Shown here: piece after piece, positions 36,862-46,034 of the stretch | Position numbering within the stretch: position 1 is the stretch's first letter | Layout of the letters: each line of letters begins with the position of its first letter | Made by a program: the position numbers and the translations under genes | Notes under the pieces: model-generated | What the model saw: only the letters and a program-made list of their open reading frames with translations | The model's database searches: none | What the model was told of the DNA's origin: nothing | Virus record (IMG/VR): IMGVR_UViG_3300027852_000042 | Span: 1 to 62,768 of that record | Direction: 5' to 3' (one strand) | Origin: a virus | Taxonomy: Duplodnaviria; Caudoviricetes | DNA: 62,768 nucleotides

Positions 36862-37389
36862 ATGAAGCTTAATTTTACGGTAGACGTAGAGGACTTACAG
36901 GAACTAGACTTCGATTCTATTTTTACGGAAGAATTGGTGAAGGAGGTCGCTAAAAGATGTAAGGAAGAACTGGGGACCGATGAGTTTAAGAAGCTTTCGA
37001 TTCTCATTTCCGAGACCATCGTTGCAGAAACAAAACTGAAGATGGAGAACTTTCTGCTGGAAGACATCTCCCTGACAGACAGTTGGGGGAAAACGACTTT
37101 TATCGGGAATATCGAAGACCTTATAAAAAAGCGGTTTGACGATATACTTCTAAGGCCCGTTGATAGTAGCGGTAAAACTATGCAGGGTTGTACCTCTTCC
37201 CAGAGTACATGGCTGGAGTGGGAAATGAATAGAATTCTGAATACCGGGATAAAAAATAAAATTGAGTCTGCGGCGAAGGGAGTAGAAAGAGAATGTCGGG
37301 ACTACATAGACAGTAAAATAATCGAGATTAAAAATGATGTCATAAAGAAAGAGATCGATAGCGCGTTTATCGGCTTTTTAAAAAAGTAG
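36862..37389 (+). CDS. Hypothetical protein
   Basis: 175 aa; AGGAGG RBS; TD.WG motif. Confidence 0.65.
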   Translation: MKLNFTVDVEDLQELDFDSIFTEELVKEVAKRCKEELGTDEFKKLSILISETIVAETKLKMENFLLEDISLTDSWGKTTFIGNIEDLIKKRFDDILLRPVDSSGKTMQGCTSSQSTWLEWEMNRILNTGIKNKIESAAKGVERECRDYIDSKIIEIKNDVIKKEIDSAFIGFLKK

Positions 37390-37396
37390 AGCGGGA

Positions 37397-38185
37397 GTGG
37401 TGATGAAGATAACGGCGAGAGAAATACTTAAACTGCTGGAAAAGAAATACCCTATAGATAAGTTCCTGTCTGTTGCGGAATGCAAGACCGGACCCACCTA
37501 CGGAGGACACTCTAGGTTTGATATGTGGGCAATGGCTAGGTCGTGGAAAAACCCGCGCTTTATAGGGTTTGAGATTAAAGTAAGCCGTTCGGACTTCCTT
37601 AAGGATGAGAAGTGGAGGAGCTACCTTAAGTACTGTACGGAATTCTATTTTGTAGCACCGAGCGATATAATAGCACCAGAGGAGGTTCCTGATCATGCCG
37701 GACTGTTGACGGTTTCAAAAAACTGTAAGCGGTTGACCGTCCGGAAAAAAGCACCGGTAAGGGACTTTATTATCCTTCGTGACGTATTGCTTTATGTCCT
37801 GATGTGTAGGACAAAGATTACAAGCAACCCCACAAAGATAGAGAACGCAGAGATATGGAGACAACGGCTTGAGGAGATGAAGGCCGACAAGAATCTGGGG
37901 AGTGAGGTTGCGTATTATATCAAGAGTTATTCGGATAGGCGCACTAAGGAGGTGAGAAGAGAAAACGACAGACTTATCTCAGAAAACAATAAACTTCTGG
38001 AAGCAAAGAAGTGTTTAGAGAAAATGGGTATTGACCTTGAAACAACATCTGTGTGGTCAATACAGAATAAACTGGAAAGGGCTCTCAGTTCTGGGATAGA
38101 AGGATATTTAGAACAGGTTGATTATAACACAAAGCAAGCTTTAAAGGTTTTAAAGGAGGTGAAAGCATGGGTACCGACCACATAA
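37397..38185 (+). CDS. MmcB-like PD-(D/E)XK nuclease with coiled-coil tail
   Basis: EC......R.D.WA, GFEIKVSRSDFL.D.KW..YL.YC.EFYFVAP, EVP..AGLL. Confidence 0.75.
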   Translation: MVMKITAREILKLLEKKYPIDKFLSVAECKTGPTYGGHSRFDMWAMARSWKNPRFIGFEIKVSRSDFLKDEKWRSYLKYCTEFYFVAPSDIIAPEEVPDHAGLLTVSKNCKRLTVRKKAPVRDFIILRDVLLYVLMCRTKITSNPTKIENAEIWRQRLEEMKADKNLGSEVAYYIKSYSDRRTKEVRRENDRLISENNKLLEAKKCLEKMGIDLETTSVWSIQNKLERALSSGIEGYLEQVDYNTKQALKVLKEVKAWVPTT

Positions 38186-38508
38186 GAAGACCATGTATAC
38201 TTAACTTTGCCGAAGAGATGGAGAAAAAACTAGAGACTAGGGATGATGAACTCGGAGAAAAAGGATGGTGGTCTAAAGATACTACCGTACAGTTCTTGAT
38301 TGACCGGCTTAACGAGGAAGTCCATGAGTTAATCATTGCCGCGCTTAACTACAATCCCTACGAAATAATGAATGAGTGTGTCGATGTGGCTAATTTTGCG
38401 ATGATGGTACACGACCGACTAAACGTTATGATGTCTAAACATCCGGGATACACAGAATACGGTATCGGACATAGAATTAAGGGTGGAGGTGAGAACAAAA
38501 ATGGTTAA
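38167..38508 (+). CDS. MazG-like all-alpha NTP pyrophosphohydrolase
   Basis: L.EEV.EL and E.VDVANFAMM motifs. Confidence 0.7.
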   Translation: MGTDHIRRPCILNFAEEMEKKLETRDDELGEKGWWSKDTTVQFLIDRLNEEVHELIIAALNYNPYEIMNECVDVANFAMMVHDRLNVMMSKHPGYTEYGIGHRIKGGGENKNG

Positions 38509-38653
38509 AGATTTCATGAAGTATCTCATATCTAGGGCTGTAAACGAACTGGATAGAAACAACAGAGTACTACAAAACCCTACAAAACATCCAAGAGACA
38601 TCTATCGCCGCAAATCGAAAACCTTCAAGAAGAACAAAAGAAAGGGGTTATAG
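38501..38653 (+). CDS. Basic 50-aa hypothetical protein (not in ORF track)
   Basis: MVKDFMKYL...FKKNKRKGL*; GGAGGTG RBS. Confidence 0.5.
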   Translation: MVKDFMKYLISRAVNELDRNNRVLQNPTKHPRDIYRRKSKTFKKNKRKGL

Positions 38654-38657
38654 TAAG

Positions 38658-38948
38658 ATGTTTAGAATGAAGATATACAAAGAACACAACTTAGAAATAT
38701 ATTCATTTAATGTCTCTCGGGAGACAGAAAAGTATTACTGGCTTGAAACTCACGAACCGGCCTTTAACTGGTCCAGAAGAGTAAAAAAGGCTGATGCCAG
38801 TCTATCCCAGGAAGATGCTATACGAAAAGCCATTAAGCATAATAAGGTTTTGGAGTGCAACCTTAAGCATAAGCTAACCGTAACCGAAGACGCGATCTTC
38901 GTTCTTAACAAGCTTTTACATGAGACAGGTGAGGAGAAAGGAGAATAA
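38658..38948 (+). CDS. Hypothetical protein
   Basis: 96 aa; V.RET.K motif. Confidence 0.6.
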   Translation: MFRMKIYKEHNLEIYSFNVSRETEKYYWLETHEPAFNWSRRVKKADASLSQEDAIRKAIKHNKVLECNLKHKLTVTEDAIFVLNKLLHETGEEKGE

Positions 38949-38950
38949 TT

Positions 38951-39142
38951 ATGAAATACGACCCATTAGAATATATCAGAGACTATTACGGTGTTCCGGC
39001 AAAAAAAGGTGTGGTTGTCAAATATAAAGAGAAGTTTGGGGTTATTACAGGAGCAAGCGGCCCATACGTCAAGGTAAGGTTGGATGGCGAAAAGAACGCC
39101 AACCCATACCATCCGGATGATCTCGACTATAACCCGGCGTAA
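38951..39142 (+). CDS. Small SH3-like hypothetical protein
   Basis: YI..YYGVPA..G..V......G.ITG.....V.V.LDG.....YHP...L.Y. Confidence 0.65.
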   Translation: MKYDPLEYIRDYYGVPAKKGVVVKYKEKFGVITGASGPYVKVRLDGEKNANPYHPDDLDYNPA

Positions 39143-39351
39143 TGTGCCAACAAATAGAGGAGGGGAATAAGATAGGGATCTGCATGAGGGATGATACGTT
39201 TGAACTTAACGTAATTCCCAATAGATCTAATGTCTCAGGTTGGCACAGGGTAAACATGGAAACCCTTGAGGTAGAAAAAATGTATATAGGGACAGTATAT
39301 AATGACCCACGCACGGACCCGGTGTTAATTAACCCAGAGGAGGAGGATTAA
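39142..39351 (+). CDS. Hypothetical protein
   Basis: 69 aa, TAATG-coupled. Confidence 0.5.
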   Translation: MCQQIEEGNKIGICMRDDTFELNVIPNRSNVSGWHRVNMETLEVEKMYIGTVYNDPRTDPVLINPEEED

Positions 39352-39657
39352 ATGTGGCAATGTGAGAAGTGTCGTGAATATAAGCAAAACAAAGAAACCC
39401 TTTGCGATTGCAAAGAATACAAAGTCACAAACGAAGACGATGAAACATGCGTAAGATGGGGGTTTAACTGCAAGGAAGTTGCCCTAAAATATGCGAGGGA
39501 ATCTAACCTTGCTGGAGACCTCTACCTATTAGACGGTGGCGTTGAGATTACCATTACTACAGCCGAGGGTAAAAAAGAAGTATTTTTCATTAGCGCGGAG
39601 GCTGAAATATTTTACGCGGCGGACCCGGTGTTGGTTCACCCGACAAAGGAGAACTAA
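39352..39657 (+). CDS. Hypothetical protein with N-terminal Cys cluster
   Basis: CEKC...CDC; GGAGG RBS. Confidence 0.6.
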   Translation: MWQCEKCREYKQNKETLCDCKEYKVTNEDDETCVRWGFNCKEVALKYARESNLAGDLYLLDGGVEITITTAEGKKEVFFISAEAEIFYAADPVLVHPTKEN

Positions 39658-40068
39658 ATGAGGCGAGATAAACTAAAGAAGCTGAGAAAGGAAAAAGGTA
39701 TAACCTTAGAGCAACTTGCGGTGGCTGTTGACAGTTCCAAGGGGTATCTATGGGAAATTGAAAACACAAATGTTAATCCAGGAATAACCCTGTTCTACCG
39801 AATTTGTAAGGAACTAGGGTGTTCAGTAGAAGATCTAATGTCCAACATTGGTGAAGATGAAACAGACTTCAATAAAATATTGTCTGCCATTACCTACAAA
39901 ATAGACGAGGTAACCAAGTACTACACCAAAAAGGTTGCTCTTTTAAATAAAATAACAAATGACTACATTGCAATATCAAGAGAATCCGATATTGTTGGTG
40001 GCAAACTACTACTCGTAAGATTAAACAGGTTAAGAGAGGAGGGTCAAAATGGTGAAAAAGAAAGTTGA
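39658..40068 (+). CDS. XRE-family HTH transcriptional regulator
   Basis: LK.LR.EKG.TLEQLA....SSKGYLWEIE....NP......I...LG.S...L; no S24 peptidase domain. Confidence 0.85.
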   Translation: MRRDKLKKLRKEKGITLEQLAVAVDSSKGYLWEIENTNVNPGITLFYRICKELGCSVEDLMSNIGEDETDFNKILSAITYKIDEVTKYYTKKVALLNKITNDYIAISRESDIVGGKLLLVRLNRLREEGQNGEKES

Positions 40069-40396
40069 ATGTACCTGTAGGGTTTGTGGGGAAACCTTTT
40101 TGGCATCACACAACCGTACCCTCTACTGCCCAAAACCAGCCTGTCAAGATCGCAAGAGTTACTGGTCAAAAAAACGAGATGAAAGAATGGCTGAAGGTAG
40201 AGAACCACTGGAAGACCGGTCATTAAAATCAAACACGCCGAGGGAAAGAGTTTGGCCCGAACATAGGTGCAGTAAGCCTGGGTGTAGCAACATAACAACA
40301 AACCGGTTTCTCTGTGATTTTTGTTTTGACACAACCAAAATGGAGTCAAGCCCAGAAGTGATTAACCAGGGTGGCAGTAGAGTTTTACTTTACTAA
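40049..40396 (+). CDS. Zinc-finger protein
   Basis: CRVC..YC..AC and CSKPGC..CDFC. Confidence 0.65.
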   Translation: MVKKKVECTCRVCGETFLASHNRTLYCPKPACQDRKSYWSKKRDERMAEGREPLEDRSLKSNTPRERVWPEHRCSKPGCSNITTNRFLCDFCFDTTKMESSPEVINQGGSRVLLY

Positions 40397-40409
40397 CAGG
40401 AGAACAATA

Positions 40410-40619
40410 ATGGAAAGTGAAAACGTGAAACATATGATTACAGGGGCGTTATTCGAGTTCGTTGGGTTCCTAACCTCAAGGATGCCGAATGCCACCGCAT
40501 ACGGTTCCAGTATCTCTATGTTAATTATCCGGACCCTTGAAGAGTTTTTAGACGAACGTGGTATTTCAAAAGAATATCCGGCCATTAACTGGGAAGACAA
40601 GCTAAGAAACTTAACATAG
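40410..40619 (+). CDS. Hypothetical protein
   Basis: Probable start 40410 after AGGAG; I.GALF.F.GFLTSR motif. Confidence 0.6.
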   Translation: MESENVKHMITGALFEFVGFLTSRMPNATAYGSSISMLIIRTLEEFLDERGISKEYPAINWEDKLRNLT

Positions 40620-40644
40620 GATTAAAGGAAGGGGTTATAGAAAA

Positions 40645-41508
40645 ATGGCGAGCCCCCAAAAGGAAGACGGTCACATTGATATTGCAAATGAAATTGTAGA
40701 CAAATTGTGCTCATATCGTATTAGTGGTCAGGAATGGCAAATTCTGTGGGTGATAATTAGGAAAACCTGGGGGTGGGAAAAGAAAATAGATTGGATAACT
40801 CTTTCTCAATTTCAAAGGTTAACTGGGATAGACAGAAGAAGGTGCCACAGTCTTTTGCAAAAACTATGCGGTAAAAATATTATAAAGAAATCTGTCACCA
40901 AAAAAGGTGACACTTTGAATGTAACATATGGTATTCAAAAGGATTTTGAGAAATGGAGGGTGTCACCAAAAAAGGTGTCACCTGTCACCAAAAAAGGTGA
41001 CACTTTGAATGTAACATATGGTATTCAAAAGGATTTTGAGAAATGGAGGGTGTCACCAAAAAAGGTGTCACCTGTCACCAATATTGGTGATGAGCTGTCA
41101 CCAAAAAAGACACCCACAAAAGACACTATTACAAAAGACACTATAAAAGATATTAGTCTTTTCAATTTTTGGAATGATCAAAAAATTATTGTTCACAGGA
41201 AAATTGCTGATTTCATCTCACCTATGAAAATTGCTTTAAAAAAATATACAGAGGAAGAAATAAAGGGGGCGATGAAAAACCTGGGGATAATAATAAACTC
41301 ATCGGAATATTGGTGGACCCATAAATACCCTTTAAATAAATTTCTTCTATCAAAGGGGGTGATTGATCAGTTTTTAACAGTAAACAATCCATTAGACAGT
41401 TATAAGAAAAACGTGACAGCTAAAAGCAAACCTAAAAACAGTGGATATGTAAGTGTTGAAGAAAAAATGGAGGAGACGAGGGGTGCTAAAATACGAGGTA
41501 ACACTTAA
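40645..41508 (+). CDS. Lambda O-like replication initiation protein
   Basis: MA.PQ.E.G...IANEI, IIRKTWGW.KK.DWI..SQF...TG, YGIQKD.E.W; internal iterons. Confidence 0.85.
   Translation: MASPQKEDGHIDIANEIVDKLCSYRISGQEWQILWVIIRKTWGWEKKIDWITLSQFQRLTGIDRRRCHSLLQKLCGKNIIKKSVTKKGDTLNVTYGIQKDFEKWRVSPKKVSPVTKKGDTLNVTYGIQKDFEKWRVSPKKVSPVTNIGDELSPKKTPTKDTITKDTIKDISLFNFWNDQKIIVHRKIADFISPMKIALKKYTEEEIKGAMKNLGIIINSSEYWWTHKYPLNKFLLSKGVIDQFLTVNNPLDSYKKNVTAKSKPKNSGYVSVEEKMEETRGAKIRGNT
40892..41112. repeat. Replication-origin iterons with a 90-bp tandem duplication
   Basis: TGTCACCAA-type units at about 40893, 40961, 40983, 41051, 41073 and 41096; 40892..40981 is repeated at 40982..41071. Confidence 0.85.
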
Positions 41509-41671
41509 AAATGGTAAAATTATAAAGATATCGAGTGAAAAGTTTCTCATTGTTAAAGATGTTTTGGCTATGGAAACAAAGCCTGAGTTTATCGAACTGG
41601 ATCCTTTAACAATTATTTCAACTTCTATGATAGCAAGCATCGAAAGGGAGGATGATGGAAGTTTGGAGTAA
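41483..41671 (+). CDS. Hypothetical protein
   Basis: Probable GTG start 41483 after GGAGGAG. Confidence 0.55.
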   Translation: MLKYEVTLKNGKIIKISSEKFLIVKDVLAMETKPEFIELDPLTIISTSMIASIEREDDGSLE

Positions 41672-41843
41672 GGAAGAGGTTTTGTCATCACTAAAAGACG
41701 CTGAACTTGCTCTAGCTAGGCTTTATTCTTTGCGAAAAGAGTGGCGTGATAGTGAAGATAAGGATATGAAGTTTTTAATCGAGAAAAACATAGCACTTGA
41801 CTTTGAGGGAATACGATGGCTAAGAAACCAGTTAACTGGTTAG
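41652..41843 (+). CDS. Hypothetical helical protein
   Basis: 63 aa; GGAGG RBS; between initiator and helicase. Confidence 0.55.
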   Translation: MMEVWSKEEVLSSLKDAELALARLYSLRKEWRDSEDKDMKFLIEKNIALDFEGIRWLRNQLTG

Positions 41844-42601
41844 AGTATGATGGTGGAGATCAGATACTTCCCTTTCACGTTGTGAAAGAAAAATATGCCG
41901 GACAAAAAGATGTTATAAGTTTTTCAACCGGCATTCCAAAACTTGATGGATATTTAAACGGTGGTATAATGCTCGGAGAGTTGTATACGGTTACAGGTCC
42001 AACAAAACAAGGAAAAACTTTATTATTACAAACCATAACCAAAAACCTAGAGCCCCAAGGTGCCAACCCACTTTGGTTTCAATTTGAGGTTCCTCAGCGA
42101 CAATTTCTCAATCAATTCCCACAACTACCAACAGGGTTTATGCCGTCAGAGTTGGTGCCAAACTCACTTTCTTGGTTAGCTGAACGAGTTCTCGAAAGTA
42201 AGGCTAAGTTTTTTTCTCAAATTATTTTTGTGGATCATCTACACTATCTTTTTGATATGGCAAGGTCGCGAAACCCAAGCCTGGAGATTGGGACACTTGT
42301 TAGGGGGTTGAAAAGAATTGCAGTTACTATGGATGTGGTAATATTTTTAGCTTGTCATACAACTAAAATATCAAAAGAAACCAAGTCGAAAGACTTAGAT
42401 TACAGTATCTTGAGAGATAGTGGGATTATCTCTCAAGAAAGCGACAGTGTTTTTATTATTACCAGGGTTGATAGTGACGCAAGTGATAACCTTGCTCAAA
42501 TGAAAATCGAGTTTCACAGGAGGACCGGCGTTAGGAAAAAAGTAGTACCTCTGGTAAAAATTAGAGGTTGGTTAGAAGAATTAGAGGAAGAAAGAAGTTA
42601 A
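41816..42601 (+). CDS. DnaB-like (SF4) helicase, RecA-like domain only
   Basis: TGIP.LD..L.GG...GEL..V.GPTKQGKT, F.FE, IIFVDHLHYL, LRDSG.I.QE.D. Confidence 0.85.
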   Translation: MAKKPVNWLEYDGGDQILPFHVVKEKYAGQKDVISFSTGIPKLDGYLNGGIMLGELYTVTGPTKQGKTLLLQTITKNLEPQGANPLWFQFEVPQRQFLNQFPQLPTGFMPSELVPNSLSWLAERVLESKAKFFSQIIFVDHLHYLFDMARSRNPSLEIGTLVRGLKRIAVTMDVVIFLACHTTKISKETKSKDLDYSILRDSGIISQESDSVFIITRVDSDASDNLAQMKIEFHRRTGVRKKVVPLVKIRGWLEELEEERS

Positions 42602-42794
42602 CCACTGAACTAAACATAAAAGTGTCGTGGATGGAACGAAACGCATCGTCTCTGCCACGAAAAACAAAAATACATACTTTGGTATTGGTGTGGAGTAAAG
42701 GTGGCCTAGGGTTGGAATAAGGGTGTTAAAATTTAATGTTAGAAAAAGGAGAGATGAAATGGAGTTTGGGAAATCCACTTAAGGGGGACTTGAA

Positions 42795-42998
42795 GTGAAA
42801 AAATGGGAAGCAATCGGAACGAAAGAGGTGGCGTTCGACATCATTGTTACAGCAAAAAATAAGGCGGAGGCTATCGAAAAAATCAGAAGAGGTGATGTTG
42901 ATAGTTTTGAGTTCCGTTACTCTAGGCCAGGCTTTGCTCTTAGCGGTGGCGGAGATACTGGTGTTATGGAGGTAGTGGAAGGTGAAGAAAGGGATTAA
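42795..42998 (+). CDS. Hypothetical protein
   Basis: V.A....EA.... motif; GGGGG RBS. Confidence 0.55.
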   Translation: MKKWEAIGTKEVAFDIIVTAKNKAEAIEKIRRGDVDSFEFRYSRPGFALSGGGDTGVMEVVEGEERD

Positions 42999-43185
42999 GA
43001 AAACCTACGTTGTTCTGTGTCCAATAAGTGGTACACAAGTGTATTCGGTTGTGGCGGAGAGTGCGGCAGAGGCAAAGCGACTGGTGGACGAAAATGATCT
43101 GTCTATTGAACCAGTTGATGGTATTATTGACAAGAGAGGAAGGGCAAGTAAAGCGTTTTTGGATGGAGGTGAACATGAAAGTTAA
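42982..43185 (+). CDS. Hypothetical protein
   Basis: V.AES..EA..LV motif, similar to the upstream gene. Confidence 0.55.
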   Translation: MKKGIKKTYVVLCPISGTQVYSVVAESAAEAKRLVDENDLSIEPVDGIIDKRGRASKAFLDGGEHES

Positions 43186-43729
43186 AGAGTTTTTAGAGTT
43201 GGTGGCCCATAAAGGAAAGCTTGATTGTGGAGATATTGAGGAATCGGAGGTTTGGTTAAGTAATTTTGATGATAGCTACCTAATCCATGTCGGCCTGGAA
43301 GATAAAATTAAATTTCTAGCTGACAGAGAAATTACTGAAGAATTAACGCATGGCGTGGGGTTTAGCCCAAAAGACAATAAGTGGTACGGATGGAGTCATA
43401 GGGCAATTTATGGCTTTACTATTGGCTCTACGTGCAAAAAAGGTGACTGCCATTATCGAGCGGCAAGTGAAAAGGATGAGATTGAGGCCGCCATTAATTT
43501 TTGGTCTGATGAAAACCACATAAACGTAAGGGCTGAAAAAGTAAAAGATGGAGAAATTATTGTTTCTTGGGAGTGCGACGATAAAACTCCAAACGAGAAA
43601 TTGAGGGGCACAATTAGAAGCGTAGATTGGCAATATGATCATGAAAACTTTGGGAAGGGTGAGTGGGTTGCCGAGACAATGGAGGAAGCTAAAAGAATGG
43701 CCCAAGATTTTAATGAGGGCGTAAGTTAA
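43175..43729 (+). CDS. Hypothetical phage protein
   Basis: Start 43175 after GGAGGTG; GFS....KWYGWSHRAIYGF.IG motif. Confidence 0.7.
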   Translation: MKVKEFLELVAHKGKLDCGDIEESEVWLSNFDDSYLIHVGLEDKIKFLADREITEELTHGVGFSPKDNKWYGWSHRAIYGFTIGSTCKKGDCHYRAASEKDEIEAAINFWSDENHINVRAEKVKDGEIIVSWECDDKTPNEKLRGTIRSVDWQYDHENFGKGEWVAETMEEAKRMAQDFNEGVS

Positions 43730-43755
43730 TTAAGCGTGAATGGGAGGGGGCAATA

Positions 43756-44214
43756 ATGGATGGGTGGTATTACTTACACACAAATGGAGATTTAATTTAC
43801 AAGTCGGACTCGCCGGGAATGTCGGCTGATATTAGGGAGAGCTCATTTGCTAGGGCCTTATGGCCGATTAACACTAAAAATAGGGCAAACGCATGGCAAG
43901 TATTGGTTGAAGCTCTTGCTATTGGAGCTAATAAAGCAAGGGTTGATGAACTAGCTAAAAAATGGGGGTGTGATAACGATGATGCGATGCATTACGCAGA
44001 ATATCTTGGTGTTGGGTTGGAAATGGATGGGGATAAGTGGTGTGCGACCACTCCCGGGTTTATTAACTTACAAGAATCGCCTGCTGGATTTGGGGATACT
44101 TGCCTAGAAGCTTTGGCCGATTTAGCTAAAGGTCTAGGGTTTAAGGGTGGTAAAATGTGGAACGCTACCTTTAAAAGTCTATTGTCTCGGTCAGTTAGTG
44201 AGAACAAAAAATAG
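43756..44214 (+). CDS. Hypothetical phage protein
   Basis: WYYLH.NG.LI.K and DG..WCA....F.NLQESPAGFG.T..EAL motifs. Confidence 0.7.
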   Translation: MDGWYYLHTNGDLIYKSDSPGMSADIRESSFARALWPINTKNRANAWQVLVEALAIGANKARVDELAKKWGCDNDDAMHYAEYLGVGLEMDGDKWCATTPGFINLQESPAGFGDTCLEALADLAKGLGFKGGKMWNATFKSLLSRSVSENKK

Positions 44215-44258
44215 CTAAGAAAAAATTGGGAACATGTAAATTGAAAGGAGAAGGAAAA

Positions 44259-44600
44259 ATGTCAATACCAGTAATAGAAATGCCAAGAATGATAAGAAAA
44301 ACAGCTAAGTATGTCGGGGAAAAGACAGTTGAAAAGAATGAGGCCTATGGTAATAGTGTTGTAACCACTGAAAAAGCCTTGAAAATTTATTACCCGAATG
44401 GCATAAAACTTAGCCAGTATAAAGATGTTTTTTTAGTGGTGAGAACGCTTGATAAGATAAGCCGAATCGCCCACAAGAAGCGTGCTTTTGGTGAAAACCC
44501 CTGGTCAGATATCGCCGGATATGGTGTCCTCGGAAGCGTTGAAAGTGGGAAAGTTGTCGATGGGGACGATGTGGAGGTAAAGATTTCAGTTGACATATAA
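44259..44600 (+). CDS. DUF1599/Nmad1-like alpha-helical nucleotide-associated protein
   Basis: KN..YG.S, R..DK..RI, E.PW.DIAGYG.L. Confidence 0.6.
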   Translation: MSIPVIEMPRMIRKTAKYVGEKTVEKNEAYGNSVVTTEKALKIYYPNGIKLSQYKDVFLVVRTLDKISRIAHKKRAFGENPWSDIAGYGVLGSVESGKVVDGDDVEVKISVDI

Positions 44601-44606
44601 TGTAAT

Positions 44607-44819
44607 GTGCCATACTATAGGCACACAACGTGTGGCCGAAGAATGGGGTTAGCCGAAAAAATGGTAAAAGAAGTAATAACTTGCGTAGATTGTGGAAAGG
44701 TGTTGAAGGGTAGGGCTGAGATATGTATTTCAGTTGGGGACATGCAGTATCGGTGTCCTTTTCATGCCTTTGTGTTTGATAAACTGAACAAAAATAAGCA
44801 AGTAGGGAGGGTAAAATGA
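44607..44819 (+). CDS. Small Cys/His zinc-binding protein
   Basis: HTTC, CVDC, CPFH. Confidence 0.5.
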   Translation: MPYYRHTTCGRRMGLAEKMVKEVITCVDCGKVLKGRAEICISVGDMQYRCPFHAFVFDKLNKNKQVGRVK

Positions 44820-45181
44820 AAAAGCTGAAGGTGTTTTTGTTTTTAGTTAGTGTTCTGATGATTTTATCACCACTGGTTTTCGCTGGCAAGTCTATCCAGC
44901 CGATATATTGGGATGCCATAACAGATCCGGATGTCGATCAGATTAAAGTTTTCATGTATTCAAATACCGGTGCCCCTGATCTTGATTCACCGGCTATGGT
45001 TTTAACCCCAATAGCGACCTCTACCATCATAGAAAACATTCCCAATGGAACGTGGTATTTTATAGTCTTGCCATATGATAACGGGGTAACTGATACTGCC
45101 TGCATATCATCGGGGGAAATTTCTAAAACATTTGAGGTTAAGCCTGGGTGTGCTTCCAATGTTAGGTTTGAGGAGGAGTAG
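44816..45181 (+). CDS. Secreted fibronectin type III-like protein
   Basis: Signal peptide MKKLKVFLFLVSVLMILSPLVFA; WD, G.WYF.V..YD. Confidence 0.65.
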   Translation: MKKLKVFLFLVSVLMILSPLVFAGKSIQPIYWDAITDPDVDQIKVFMYSNTGAPDLDSPAMVLTPIATSTIIENIPNGTWYFIVLPYDNGVTDTACISSGEISKTFEVKPGCASNVRFEEE

Positions 45182-45627
45182 TGGTGATTCTCAATGTTGA
45201 GTATCTTGAAAACTATAAGGACGAATGGGAAAGACTTTCTTTAAGGCACCCTGGAGACAGTGGTTTTGACTTAAGGTGTGCCATGGAACACAGGTGTAGG
45301 CTTTTGCCTGGGCAAATAGTAACCCTTGTTGCTGGCATAAAAATCGAACTCCCTTTTGGATATGAAATGCAGATACGACCGAGATCTGGATTGTCAGCGA
45401 AGGGGTTACATGTTGTTTTTGGTACCATTGATTCTGGGTATAGGGGTGAGATTATGATAACTTTAGCCAATATTAATGGGGAGGGTTATCTTGTCGTTGC
45501 TCCTGGTGATAGAGTTGCCCAGGGGGTAATACAGAAGGTTCACGAAGTAAGTATAGTAGAGGTTGGCACGGTTAATCCTAATACTTCTCGCGGGAGTAGC
45601 GGTCTTGGTGATAGCGGAGTTAAGTGA
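45181..45627 (+). CDS. dut: Trimeric dUTPase
   Basis: GFDL, IRPRSGL, GTIDSGYRGE, GDRVAQ, RG..G.G.SG motifs. Confidence 0.95.
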   Translation: MVILNVEYLENYKDEWERLSLRHPGDSGFDLRCAMEHRCRLLPGQIVTLVAGIKIELPFGYEMQIRPRSGLSAKGLHVVFGTIDSGYRGEIMITLANINGEGYLVVAPGDRVAQGVIQKVHEVSIVEVGTVNPNTSRGSSGLGDSGVK

Positions 45628-46034
45628 AGATCTTTCGATATATAACAATAATAATGTTAGTCATCCTGAGTGTCGCAGGGCTTTTCGTAGGAAAAGTAAC
45701 CGCGATGGACGTAACCTTAAGCTGGGATGCGAATACCGAAAGTGATTTAGCCGGTTACAAGGTCTATTATGATCTGGACTCTGGTGAACCATACCATGGT
45801 ACAGGGGGAACCTTACAGAACGGAACCCCATCCCCATCCCCAATAAGCATGTCGCTTAACCAAGATGAGAACATAGATCCCGATTTGGTTGAATTTACTG
45901 TATATAACTTACCTGGTGTGTATATTTACTACTTCGCGGTTAAGGCAATCGATGACCAGGGACTTGAAAGTGACTATTCAAATGAAGTTAATACTGGCGA
46001 AAGGTGTGTTCGAAATATAAGGTTTGAGTTATGA
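45624..46034 (+). CDS. Secreted fibronectin type III protein
   Basis: Signal peptide; VTLSWDAN.ESDLAGYKVYY...YYFAV.A.D..G.ESDYSNEV. Confidence 0.8.
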   Translation: MKIFRYITIIMLVILSVAGLFVGKVTAMDVTLSWDANTESDLAGYKVYYDLDSGEPYHGTGGTLQNGTPSPSPISMSLNQDENIDPDLVEFTVYNLPGVYIYYFAVKAIDDQGLESDYSNEVNTGERCVRNIRFEL

